Made by a program: the position numbers and the translations under genes. From positions 1,301,989-1,365,988 of the forward strand of contig OZ243958.1 in NCBI GenBank assembly GCA_965214495.1: DNA of 64,000 nucleotides, given 5' to 3'. The notes beneath the pieces were generated by a model. That model had not been told where the DNA came from, made no database searches, and saw only the letters and a list, made by a program, of their open reading frames with translations. The first letter of the stretch is position 1, and each line of letters starts with the position of its first letter. The stretch is from Alphaproteobacteria bacterium (GTDB taxonomy: Bacteria > Pseudomonadota > Alphaproteobacteria > UBA7887). Shown in pieces: positions 38,791-47,963 of the stretch.

Positions 38791-39618
38791 CTACCAGGGC
38801 TTGGCCACCTTGGCGTCGCGCATCCGCGCCTGGCGCCATTGTTGGCGCAACGCCTCGGCCGCCTGCGCCCGGTCGCGCACCAGATCGACCATCTCCTGCG
38901 CCTGCTCGGCAGTCATCTCCCGCTGCGATCCGCCGGCCTGGGTCTGCGCGGAATTGTTCTGCGAGGGCGCGCCCTGCGGCGCCTGTTCGCCTTGCTCGCC
39001 TCTCGGCTCGAGTCCTTCGTCGGCGGCGTCTTCCCGGTCGCGCGTGCGATCGCTGTCGGACTGTTCGTCGAAGAACTGGCCCCGGTTCTGCGACGCCGCG
39101 ACGTTCACCGCCTCGGGGTTCTGAATCCCCTGCATGCGCTGCCGCCTCAGCTCGTCGTGCATGCGGTCGGCGAGTTCGAGGTTGTACATCGCGTCGGCGA
39201 TGTCGGGGTCGAGCGCCAGGGCTTCGCGATAGCTCTCCATCGCATCGCGGATCGGCGTCACGGCGTCGCGGAAGGTGCGCATGGCATTGATCGCCACCTG
39301 ATATTGCACGTTTCCGAGGTTGTAGTGGGCGCGCGCCGCGAGCCGCCGGTCGTCGGAGTCGATGGCGCGCACGAACGCCGCGCGCGCCGCCTTCAGGTCG
39401 TGCAACTTGAACAGCGCGGCGCCGCGGTTGAACGCGATCTCCGGTGTTTCCGGCAGCATGTCGCGCGCGATCTCGTAGAGATCGGCGGCATCGCGGTAAC
39501 GCTCCTCGTCATAAGCCTTGTTGGCCAGCGCGACCGCCTGCCAGGGGGTCTCGACATCCTCGAAACCGCAGAGCGCGAACAGCATCGCCGCCGCCGCAAC
39601 ACCTCGGACCGCGCGCAT
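38791..39618 (-). CDS. TPR-repeat protein (BatC-like), 275 aa
   Basis: It has TPR motifs (…AYDEERYRDAADLYE…AFNRGAALFKLHDLKAARAAF…HYNLGNVQYQ…) and an acidic/Gln-rich C-terminal tail. The start ATG at 39618 is 2 nt after the upstream stop. Confidence 0.7.
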   Translation of the reverse strand: MRAVRGVAAAAMLFALCGFEDVETPWQAVALANKAYDEERYRDAADLYEIARDMLPETPEIAFNRGAALFKLHDLKAARAAFVRAIDSDDRRLAARAHYNLGNVQYQVAINAMRTFRDAVTPIRDAMESYREALALDPDIADAMYNLELADRMHDELRRQRMQGIQNPEAVNVAASQNRGQFFDEQSDSDRTRDREDAADEGLEPRGEQGEQAPQGAPSQNNSAQTQAGGSQREMTAEQAQEMVDLVRDRAQAAEALRQQWRQARMRDAKVAKPW

Positions 39619-39620
39619 GG

Positions 39621-40643
39621 CTACATCTCCTCCGGCTGCGCCGGACGTTCGGGAATGACCATCTCGGCCGCCAGCAACAACAGCGCGACCAGCGCAAACA
39701 GGGCGTAGCGGTCGGCCTTGCGTTCGCCCTGGCCGGTTTCCAGCGCCCGCCGAGGCTTGTCGGCGATCTCGGCTTCGAACAGCGCGTCGAGCGCAATCGG
39801 ACCGGTGCGTGCGGGAACATAGGCGCCACCGCCGCCGCGAGCCATGGCGCGCAGTTGCGACTCGCCCATCACCGACACGACATCGGCGCCGCCGAAACGC
39901 AGATACCGCCGCGCTCCCTCTCCGGTGACGACGGGAATGCGCGCGCCCTTCTCCGGGTCTCCGACCCCGACGGTGTATAGCCCGACCCCCTCGTCGGCCG
40001 CCTGCCGCGCCGCCTCGCGGGCGCCGCCGCGATGGTCTTCGCCGTCGCTGATAACGATGAAATCGGTATGCATCGCGTCGAGCGCACCGAAGCCGAACAG
40101 GGTCTTGCGAACCGCGTCGCCTAGCGCGCTGCCGCGCCGGTCGATGATCTCGGTGGTCACCTGCGCCAGCCGGTTGCGGAAGAACGCGTAGTCCAGGGTG
40201 AGCGGGCTTTGCAGACGGGCGCGGCCGGCGAAGATCACCAGCCCCACGCGATAACCGCCATGCTCGGCGAGACTTTCGGTAAAGGCGGTGATCGCGGCCT
40301 TCGCGGCTTGCAGACGATTGGGTTCGGCGTCTTCCGCCAACATGCTGCGCGAGACATCGAGCAGGATGTAGATGTCGCGGCCCCGGCGTTCGGCGTCGCC
40401 GAGCTCGCGACCCCATTGCGGCTGCATCGCGGCGATCGCCAGCATCGCGGTCGCCGCGGCCAGGCAGACCGCCCTGGCGGCGCGGCGGCGCCAGCTGTAG
40501 CGGCCGACCAGCGCCGGCGCCAGACCCGGATCGACGAACGCCGTCAGCGCCCGGCGCCGACGGCGGAACCCGTGGACGTAGAACGCGGCCATAATCGGAA
40601 CCGCGAGCAGCGCCGCCGCCAGCCAGGGAGCCGCGAAGCTCAC
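39621..40643 (-). CDS. von Willebrand factor A domain protein (BatB-like), 340 aa
   Basis: It has N-terminal transmembrane segments and a VWA MIDAS motif (DIYILLDVSRSM). Confidence 0.75.
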   Translation of the reverse strand: MSFAAPWLAAALLAVPIMAAFYVHGFRRRRRALTAFVDPGLAPALVGRYSWRRRAARAVCLAAATAMLAIAAMQPQWGRELGDAERRGRDIYILLDVSRSMLAEDAEPNRLQAAKAAITAFTESLAEHGGYRVGLVIFAGRARLQSPLTLDYAFFRNRLAQVTTEIIDRRGSALGDAVRKTLFGFGALDAMHTDFIVISDGEDHRGGAREAARQAADEGVGLYTVGVGDPEKGARIPVVTGEGARRYLRFGGADVVSVMGESQLRAMARGGGGAYVPARTGPIALDALFEAEIADKPRRALETGQGERKADRYALFALVALLLLAAEMVIPERPAQPEEM

Positions 40644-41667
40644 GGTAACGCCCGCAGACGCGTGTTGACGAGCACCCCTTCGCCGAACAGCAACAGCAAG
40701 GCCGCCAGCAGCAGCGCCGGATAGCCTTCGATATAGCGCTGGTACTGCTCCGCAACGTTGGTCGATTTCTCGAGCCGGTCGATCTCATCGTAGATTTCCC
40801 TCAGGGCTTGGCCGTCGGTCGCCCGGAAATAGCGTCCGCCGGTCGCCTCGGCCATGCCCGTCAGGGTCTGCTCGTCGATGAAGACCTGGGTCGGCACCAT
40901 CACGATCGTATCGTCGCCCTGGCGTACCGGGGTCATCGCGGTGCCCCGCGTGCCGGTGCCGATAGTGTAGATCTTGATGCCCAGCGCGTGCGCGGCGGCG
41001 GCGCTCTCCACCGGTTCGGTATTGCCGGCATTGTTGCTGCCGTCGGTGAGCACGATCATCACTTTGCTCTTGGCGCCGGCGCGTTGCAGCAATTCGGCCC
41101 CCATCACCACCGCGTCGCCGATCGCCGTGCCGTCCTCCTCGGCGATCTGAACGATGTCGATTTCATCGAGCGCCAGCAGAAGCGCGTCATGGTCGAGTGT
41201 CAGCGGACTCAGATTGTCGCTGAAACGCGCGAAGGTGACCATGCCGATCAGGTCTCCCTCGCGCCCCGATTCGGTGTCTTCCCGGCCATCGCCATCAACG
41301 AAACCGCGGAAGGTTTCCTTCACCGCCTCGAGACGGTTGGCGGGTTCGTCGCCGACCTGAAGGTCGAGCGCTCCCATGCTGCTCGAAATATCGACCGCCA
41401 TGACGATCGCGATGCCGTCGCGATAGATGCGCGTGACCTGCTGTCCCCATTGCGGGCGCGCCAGGGCAACGATGCACAGCGCGAGCACCAGCGGACGCAC
41501 GAACGGGAGCGCGGCGCGCAGGCGGGTCATGAAGGTCGCTCCCAGAACCGCGAGATCGCCGGTGGCCGTGTAATCCACGCTCGCCGGCCGGTCGCGCCGC
41601 CGCACCCACAGGAACAGCGCCGGCACGGCCGCGAGCAGCAGCAGCAGCCACGGATGATCGAACCTCA
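40640..41667 (-). CDS. von Willebrand factor A domain protein (BatA-like), ~342 aa
   Basis: It has transmembrane helices (WLLLLLAAVPALFLW…) and the VWA MIDAS motif DISSSM…TDGSNN. The start is inferred at GTG 41665-41667 (VRFDHPW). Confidence 0.7.
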
Positions 41668-42771
41668 CGCGACTTCCGCCGCGCGCGCCGCCGGCACGCG
41701 CGCCGCCGCGTCGGCGGTCTCGCGCACGAAGCCGACCGCGCTGTCGAGCGCCGCCGCGGGCTCGCGGGGCCCCGGCCGGTAGCGAGCGAACTTCACGCGG
41801 TCGCAAAAGTCGAGGAACGCGCCCAACATGCCGCGATGGTCCGCAACCGTCTTGCGCGCCGCCGCCTCGTGCAACACTTCCTCGGTGGTCCGTTCCGCCG
41901 CGCGCAGGCCGAACCGCCAGTCCAGATAGCGCCGCAGGATCGTGGAAACACGGATATGAAACGCGTCGATCTTTTCGGGTGTGTCGAGACCGGCAGCGTC
42001 GAGGCGCCGCAGCGCGGCGAGTGCCATCACATGCGCGCTTTCCATCGGCACCGGTCGTCCCGAAACGCCGCGGCGCTTTCGGCGCCACAACCAGAGGCCG
42101 GCCGCGGCGAGCGCGGCGACCGCGCCGGCGGCGAGCAGGATCGGCCGCCAGTCGATCGGAACCGGCGGCGGCGGGGGCAAGGGCACCGGCCCCAGAATGT
42201 CCTTCGGCTTGGTAAAATCGGCGTCCGGGGGCAGCACTGACGTCACCTCGACCGGCAGCGGACCGATACGCAGGAAGTCGGACGCCGCTACTCGATTGGC
42301 CAGCGGCGCCGCCGTACGACACTCGTTGAGATAGACGCAAGCGATCGACGGCACGGTGCGCCCGTCAAGCAGATTGAGCGTCAAGGCGCGGATCTCCGTC
42401 TCGCCCGCTTCGGTCGGGTCCAGATAGTAGCGCCGTTCGTTGCGCACCAGCCGGGTTCCCCCGCCCGCCACGGTGAAGGGGCCCGCCTTCTCCTCGCGCA
42501 ACAGCTTGAAACTGCCGATCTCGCCGACCACCCGGGGGAAGCTGACCAGGATCCACGGCGGCGCCTCGACCGCGAGCACGGCCTTGACCCGGTCCACGAT
42601 GGGCACGGCATCGCGATCGGCGAAGAACACCGCCCGAACCGGGCCACGGACCTCCTCGACGAACACCGCGCCTTCGTCGACGGTCGGACCGTCGCGCGCT
42701 TCGCGGGCCACCTGGCCGAACGCGGGTGCAATCGACAGGGCCGTGAGCAGAACCGCCGCAAGCCCCCTCAC
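41665..42771 (-). CDS. Hypothetical membrane protein of MoxR/VWA operons (DUF4381-like), 368 aa
   Basis: It has a signal or transmembrane N-terminus, a Pro-rich linker (PLPPPPPVP) and an internal transmembrane segment (ILLAAGAVAALAAAGLWLW). Its position between the DUF58 and VWA genes matches Bat-type operons. Confidence 0.5.
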   Translation of the reverse strand: MRGLAAVLLTALSIAPAFGQVAREARDGPTVDEGAVFVEEVRGPVRAVFFADRDAVPIVDRVKAVLAVEAPPWILVSFPRVVGEIGSFKLLREEKAGPFTVAGGGTRLVRNERRYYLDPTEAGETEIRALTLNLLDGRTVPSIACVYLNECRTAAPLANRVAASDFLRIGPLPVEVTSVLPPDADFTKPKDILGPVPLPPPPPVPIDWRPILLAAGAVAALAAAGLWLWRRKRRGVSGRPVPMESAHVMALAALRRLDAAGLDTPEKIDAFHIRVSTILRRYLDWRFGLRAAERTTEEVLHEAAARKTVADHRGMLGAFLDFCDRVKFARYRPGPREPAAALDSAVGFVRETADAAARVPAARAAEVA

Positions 42772-43655
42772 CGCCCCTCCCCCAGCCGGCGTTCCCGGCT
42801 GCGGAAGAAGCGCATCAGCGGCCCGACATAGGGCTTCTCGGTCGGCACTTCGATGAAATCGATCCCGAGCGCGCGAAACAGGCGGCGGCGCTCTGCCCGC
42901 GCCCGCCCGCGCGCGGCGGCGAAGCGCTCGCGCACCCGCTTGCTGCCGGTATCCACCAGCCGTTCCTCGCCCGTTTCCAGGTCGCGCAAACGCACGAAAC
43001 CGACCGCCGGCAAAGCGTAGTCCCGCCGGTCGATGAGGCAGATCGGCACCAGATCGTGGCGCTGTCGCGTGAGTCTGAGCGGGCGTTCGAAGTCGCCGGC
43101 GAAGAAATCCGAGATCAGGAAGCTGATCGACCGGCGCGGCATGACCTTGTGGAGATATTCCAGCGCGGCGGCGACATCGGTGCCCCGGCGACGCGGCTTG
43201 AACGCCAGCATATCGCGGATCAGCCGCAACGCCCGGTTCTTGCCCTTGCGTGGCGGAACGAACAGTTCCACCCGGTCGGTGAACAGGATGAGGCCGACCT
43301 TGTCGTTGTTGTTGATAGCGCTCAGGGCGAGCACGGCGCCGAGCTCGATGGCGATGCGCGTCTTGCGCCGGGGACCGGAGGCGAAATGGCCGGAGGCGCT
43401 CAAATCGATCAGCAACATCACTGTCAGTTCGCGCTCTTCGACATATTGCTTGACGAAGGGCTGACCGACGCGCGCGGTCACGTTCCAGTCGATGGTGCGT
43501 ACGTCGTCGCCCGGCACATATTCCCGAACCTCGGCGAACTCGATGCCCCGGCCTTTGAACACACTGTGATACTCGCCGGCGAAAATACCGTCGACGAGAC
43601 GCCGGGTGCGGATATGCACCTGGCGCACCTGCCTGAAAATCTCGGCGGGCAGCAC
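42768..43655 (-). CDS. DUF58 domain protein (VWA-like, MoxR-associated), 295 aa
   Basis: …GEYHSVFKGRGIEFAEVREYVPGDDVRTIDWNVTAR… is the DUF58 signature. Confidence 0.8.
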   Translation of the reverse strand: MLPAEIFRQVRQVHIRTRRLVDGIFAGEYHSVFKGRGIEFAEVREYVPGDDVRTIDWNVTARVGQPFVKQYVEERELTVMLLIDLSASGHFASGPRRKTRIAIELGAVLALSAINNNDKVGLILFTDRVELFVPPRKGKNRALRLIRDMLAFKPRRRGTDVAAALEYLHKVMPRRSISFLISDFFAGDFERPLRLTRQRHDLVPICLIDRRDYALPAVGFVRLRDLETGEERLVDTGSKRVRERFAAARGRARAERRRLFRALGIDFIEVPTEKPYVGPLMRFFRSRERRLGEGR

Positions 43656-43669
43656 GGCTGGACGGAAAC

Positions 43670-44662
43670 TCAGGGCACCGGCATACGATCGAAGATTTGC
43701 CGGATGATCTCCTCGACCGACATTTCCGCCGCTTCGGCCTCGTAAGTGATCAGCACCCGGTGACGCAGCACATCGTGGCCGATCGACTTCACGTCCTGTG
43801 GCGTGACGTAGCTGCGGCCGCGGATGAAGGCCAGCGCCTTGGCGGCCAGCGCCAGATAGATCGACGCGCGCGGCGAGGCGCCGAAATCGATGAAGCGCGC
43901 GAGATCGTCGAGCCCGTGCGCCGCCGGGTGGCGCGTCGCGAGCACCAGATCGACGATGTAGTGCTTGATCTTGTCGTCGATGTAGATGTTGTCGACGACG
44001 CGGCGCGCGGCCAGGATCGACGCAGTATCGGTCACCGCGTCGACCGGGGGCTCGGGCGCGGTCGTCGCCATGCGATCGAGAATCTCGAGTTCCTCACCGC
44101 GGTCGGGGTAGGTGATGCGCAGCTTGAGCATGAAGCGATCGGTCTGCGCTTCCGGCAGGGGATAGGTGCCTTCCTGTTCGAGCGGGTTCTGGGTCGCGAG
44201 CACCAGGAACGGTTGAGGCAAGGCGAAGCTTTCCTCGCCGATGGTCACCTGGTTCTCCTGCATCGCCTCCAGCAACGCGCTCTGCACCTTCGCGGGCGCA
44301 CGGTTGATCTCGTCCGCGAGCACCAGATTGGCGAAGACCGGCCCCTTGCGGACCCGGAACGCGCCCGATTGGGGCTGATAGATCAGCGTGCCCACGAGGT
44401 CCGCCGGCAGCAGATCGGGGGTGAATTGAATACGCTGATAGTCGGAGTGCAACGCCTGCGCGAGCGCCGTCGCAGCGCGCGTCTTGGCAAGGCCGGGCGC
44501 TCCTTCGATCAACACGTGGCCGTTCGCGAGCAACCCGACCAGCAGGCGCTCGAGCATGTATTTCTGGCCGACGATGGTGCGTTCGAACGCGTTCATCAAC
44601 CCGTCGATGAACGCGCCCTGTTCCTGAACGCGCGCGTCGATCTCCCCGACGTCAAGCGGCAT
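43670..44662 (-). CDS. MoxR-family AAA+ ATPase, 330 aa
   Basis: Walker A LIEGAPGLAKT, Walker B LLADEINRA, and a MoxR-type C-terminal domain. Confidence 0.88.
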   Translation of the reverse strand: MPLDVGEIDARVQEQGAFIDGLMNAFERTIVGQKYMLERLLVGLLANGHVLIEGAPGLAKTRAATALAQALHSDYQRIQFTPDLLPADLVGTLIYQPQSGAFRVRKGPVFANLVLADEINRAPAKVQSALLEAMQENQVTIGEESFALPQPFLVLATQNPLEQEGTYPLPEAQTDRFMLKLRITYPDRGEELEILDRMATTAPEPPVDAVTDTASILAARRVVDNIYIDDKIKHYIVDLVLATRHPAAHGLDDLARFIDFGASPRASIYLALAAKALAFIRGRSYVTPQDVKSIGHDVLRHRVLITYEAEAAEMSVEEIIRQIFDRMPVP

Positions 44663-44819
44663 TGCGGTTCACATCTGCTGAAAAGCGCGGGCTGTCGCGG
44701 CGGCACCTATAGCACGGTCGTCAAACCGCAAACAGACAGAGGCCGCAGCGGCCGACCGGCGTTGCCGGCATGGCCGGGGCCAACCAGCTACCCACCGCCC
44801 CCGGGGGGGGATTCCGGGA

Positions 44820-45749
44820 TCAGTGCCGCGCGCCGGCGACATGCAGCTTCAATCCGGCATAGATGCAGCGATTGACCGGGGTCGGTATGCCGGCCTCGCG
44901 GCCGAGCCGCACGACTGCGCCGTTCAGCCAGTCGATCTCAAGCGGCTTGCCGTGCTCGAGGTCGTAAAGCGTCGAAGAGGTCATGTCTGCGGGCACCCGA
45001 TCGAACAGGAACATCGGGTCTTCGACCAGCGCCGGATCGAGTGTCACCCCGCGCGCCGCAGCAACCGCCATGGTCTCGCGCGCGCAGATCTCCAATACCG
45101 CCCTTCCGTCCGGGTCGGCGCGAATCGGGCCGATCGGCGCACGCGCCAGCGCGGTCATGCCGTTGTGAGCGCACAGCAGGGTGAACTTGGTCCAGATCGC
45201 CGCCTCGACATCGCTCGTGAGCACCACTTCGATCCCGGCGTTCTCGCAGGCCCGGCGAAACGATTCGGCGCGTTCGCTGGCCTGCCCGTCGCGCTCGCCG
45301 AACTCGATGCGCGCCGTCTTCATGCCGTGGCGGACAAGGCCCGGCGCCTCGATCAGTGCCAGAATGTAACAGAGTCCGCCGAGCACGCACTCAGGCCCGA
45401 GGCGCGCCGCGAGGCGGTCTTCGTTCTCCACTCCGTTCTGAAGCGAAAGGACTGCCGTGTGCGGCCCGATCATCGCTGCGGCCACCTCAGCGGCCTCGTC
45501 CGTGTGGATGCTCTTCACCGCGATCAGCACCAGATCGACCGGCCCGACCGCCGCGGCCTCACCCGGTGCGACGACCGCCACCTCGGGCAGCGCACAATCG
45601 CCGAGCGGGCTCGCGATCTTCAGACCGTCGCGCCGCATCGCCGCGCCGTGCGCGCCGCACTGTACGAACACGACCTCCTCACCTGCGGCTTGCAGGCGGG
45701 CACCGAAATAGCCGCCGACCCCGCCGGCGCCGATCACCCCGATCTTCAT
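44820..45749 (-). CDS. panE: 2-dehydropantoate 2-reductase (ketopantoate reductase family)
   Basis: It has N-terminal MKIGVIGAGGVGGYFG and ApbA/PanE C-terminal domain similarity. Confidence 0.75.
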   Translation of the reverse strand: MKIGVIGAGGVGGYFGARLQAAGEEVVFVQCGAHGAAMRRDGLKIASPLGDCALPEVAVVAPGEAAAVGPVDLVLIAVKSIHTDEAAEVAAAMIGPHTAVLSLQNGVENEDRLAARLGPECVLGGLCYILALIEAPGLVRHGMKTARIEFGERDGQASERAESFRRACENAGIEVVLTSDVEAAIWTKFTLLCAHNGMTALARAPIGPIRADPDGRAVLEICARETMAVAAARGVTLDPALVEDPMFLFDRVPADMTSSTLYDLEHGKPLEIDWLNGAVVRLGREAGIPTPVNRCIYAGLKLHVAGARH

Positions 45750-45853
45750 ACCGACCCCCTTCGCCACGCCGGCGCCATCATATCCGCCGGCGCCGCGCTC
45801 TGCGGCACGATGGCCGATCTGCTATGAACGCGGCGCATCCACGGGAGATCGCC

Positions 45854-46138
45854 ATGTCGGAGAAGATGACCGGCGGGACGCTTGCCGCCGCCGTTGCCGG
45901 GCTTGAGGGCTGGACGCTGGCGGAGGGCGAAAACGCCATCGCCAAAACCTGGCGGTTCGACGATTTCAACGCCGCATTCGGGTGGATGACCCGTGCCGCG
46001 CTCAAGGCCGAACGTATGGACCATCACCCTGCCTGGTTCAATGTGTACAACCGCGTCGAGGTCACGCTGTCGAGCCACGATGTCGACGGAGTCAGCGACC
46101 GCGATATCGCGTTCGCGGCGTTTCTCGACAGTCTTTAG
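45854..46138 (+). CDS. phhB: Pterin-4a-carbinolamine dehydratase, 94 aa
   Basis: …WRFDDFNAAFGWMTRAALKAERMDHHPAWFNVYNRVEVTLSSHD… is the PCD signature. Confidence 0.85.
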   Translation: MSEKMTGGTLAAAVAGLEGWTLAEGENAIAKTWRFDDFNAAFGWMTRAALKAERMDHHPAWFNVYNRVEVTLSSHDVDGVSDRDIAFAAFLDSL

Positions 46139-46566
46139 TGGAAACGCCGCGTGCGCCGCTGCAGCTCGCGGTGGCGAGCGCAACGCCGTTCGTGCTCGGC
46201 GCCGCAGCCGTCGCGCTGGGCCCGGACTGGCTGCAAGCCACGGTCTATTACCACCTGACCAACTATGCCGCGCTGACGCTCGCTTTTCTCGGCGCCGTGT
46301 CGTGGGGGTTCGCGGCGGCTGCCGGTGCGGACCGTGTCTGGTATGCGGCCGGCGCCGCGCCGTTCCTTGTGGCCTGGCTGTCGCTCGCTGCGGTTCATCC
46401 GATGCTGCGCACGCTCTTCCTCGTCGCCGGTTTCGCCGTCGCGTTCGCGCTCGACCTGCGGGCCGCGAAAGCCGGGCTCGCTCCGCTCTGGTATATCCGG
46501 CTGCGCAAGCCGCTCACGGCCATCGCGTTGGTCGCGTTGGGCGTGATCGCGGTGACGACCGCTTGA
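46138..46566 (+). CDS. DUF3429-like small membrane protein (142 aa, 4 transmembrane segments)
   Basis: A GTG start overlaps the phhB stop by 1 nt. It has four hydrophobic helices. Confidence 0.5.
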   Translation: METPRAPLQLAVASATPFVLGAAAVALGPDWLQATVYYHLTNYAALTLAFLGAVSWGFAAAAGADRVWYAAGAAPFLVAWLSLAAVHPMLRTLFLVAGFAVAFALDLRAAKAGLAPLWYIRLRKPLTAIALVALGVIAVTTA

Positions 46567-46668
46567 AGCGCGCCGTGTTCCACGTGTCGCTGCCGGGCGG
46601 GCGGCCCTCGGCGGCCTCTGCTGTGCCCCGGCGTTGACAGCACCCGTGCACCGGTCCGATATGGCGCG

Positions 46669-47937
46669 ATGAACGTGCTGGTGATCGGGTCGGGGGGGCG
46701 CGAGCACGCGCTGTGCCGGGCAATCGGCGCCTCGCCCCTGTGCGAATCGCTCTATTGCGCGCCGGGCAATGACGGCATCGCACAGGAAGCCCAGTGCGTG
46801 ATGCTCGATGTCATGGATTTCCCCGCCGTCGCCGGGTGGTGCCGCAACCATGCGATCGACCTCGTCGTCGTAGGGCCGGAAGCGCCGCTGGTCGCCGGCA
46901 TCGTCGACACTCTGGAAGCCGCCGGCATCGCGTGTTTCGGGCCGTCCGCCGCGGCCGCGCGGCTGGAAGGCTCCAAAGCGTTCGCCAGGGAGTTGTGCCG
47001 CCGGCACGGAATCCCCATCCCCGATTTCGCGTGCTTCACCGATTTCGACGCCGCGCGCGCGCATGTGCGCCGCGCCGGGGCGCCGATCGTTGTCAAGGCG
47101 AGCGGCCTCGCCGCCGGCAAGGGGGTGACGGTCGCGCGAACCGTCGCCGAGGCGGAGGCGGCCCTCGATGCCATGGAAGCCGGCGCGTTCGGCGCCGCCG
47201 GATCGGAAGTGGTGATCGAGGAATACCTCGACGGTGAGGAAGCGAGCCTGTTCGCACTGGTCGATGGTACTGCGGCGCTGCGACTCGCCGGCGCGCAGGA
47301 CTACAAGGCGGCGGGCGACGGCGACAGCGGACCGAACACCGGCGGCATGGGCGCCTGTTCGCCGACCCCGGTGCTCGACGAGGCCACGATGGCGCGGGCG
47401 ATGGACGAGATCGTCCATCCGACCGTCGCGGCCATGGCGGCGGAGGGGATGCCGTTCCGCGGCGTTCTCTATGCCGGATTGATGATCACTCGCGCCGGCC
47501 CCCGACTCCTCGAGTTCAACGTCCGTTTCGGCGATCCCGAGTGCCAGGTGCTGGCGATGCGCCTGAAGTCGGACCTCCTGTTGGCGCTGACGGCGGCGCG
47601 CGACGGCGAGCTCGCCCGTTTCGATCTGCGCTGGCGCGATGAGGCGGCGCTGTGCGTGGTCATGGCCGCCAGGGGCTATCCCGGCGCGTATGAGAAAGGC
47701 GATGAGATTGGCGGACTGGACGAGATCGGGGACGATTCGGTGGTGGTGTTTCACGCCGGCACGGCGCGCCGCGGCGGGCGATGGGTGGCGGCGGGCGGCC
47801 GCGTCCTCGGCGTCACCGCGACCGGGCCGACCGTCGCCGAGGCCCAGGCCGCCGCCTACCGGGCCGTGGACCGGATCGACTGGCCGGGCGGCTTCTGCCG
47901 ACATGACATCGGCTGGCGGGCCTTGAATCGCGATTGA
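46669..47937 (+). CDS. purD: Phosphoribosylamine--glycine ligase
   Basis: MNVLVIGSGGREHAL… ATP-grasp family. Full length, 422 aa. Confidence 0.92.
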   Translation: MNVLVIGSGGREHALCRAIGASPLCESLYCAPGNDGIAQEAQCVMLDVMDFPAVAGWCRNHAIDLVVVGPEAPLVAGIVDTLEAAGIACFGPSAAAARLEGSKAFARELCRRHGIPIPDFACFTDFDAARAHVRRAGAPIVVKASGLAAGKGVTVARTVAEAEAALDAMEAGAFGAAGSEVVIEEYLDGEEASLFALVDGTAALRLAGAQDYKAAGDGDSGPNTGGMGACSPTPVLDEATMARAMDEIVHPTVAAMAAEGMPFRGVLYAGLMITRAGPRLLEFNVRFGDPECQVLAMRLKSDLLLALTAARDGELARFDLRWRDEAALCVVMAARGYPGAYEKGDEIGGLDEIGDDSVVVFHAGTARRGGRWVAAGGRVLGVTATGPTVAEAQAAAYRAVDRIDWPGGFCRHDIGWRALNRD

Positions 47938-47963
47938 CCGTCCGCGGCGCGGTCCAACCGGTC

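Noticed and set aside
37016-45800. Search for a direct repeat of the tRNA-Met 3' end (GGTTCGAGTCCCTCCTCCGCTACCA) that would mark a genomic-island attR
   Set aside because: No copy was seen by eye downstream within the window. An island boundary cannot be claimed.
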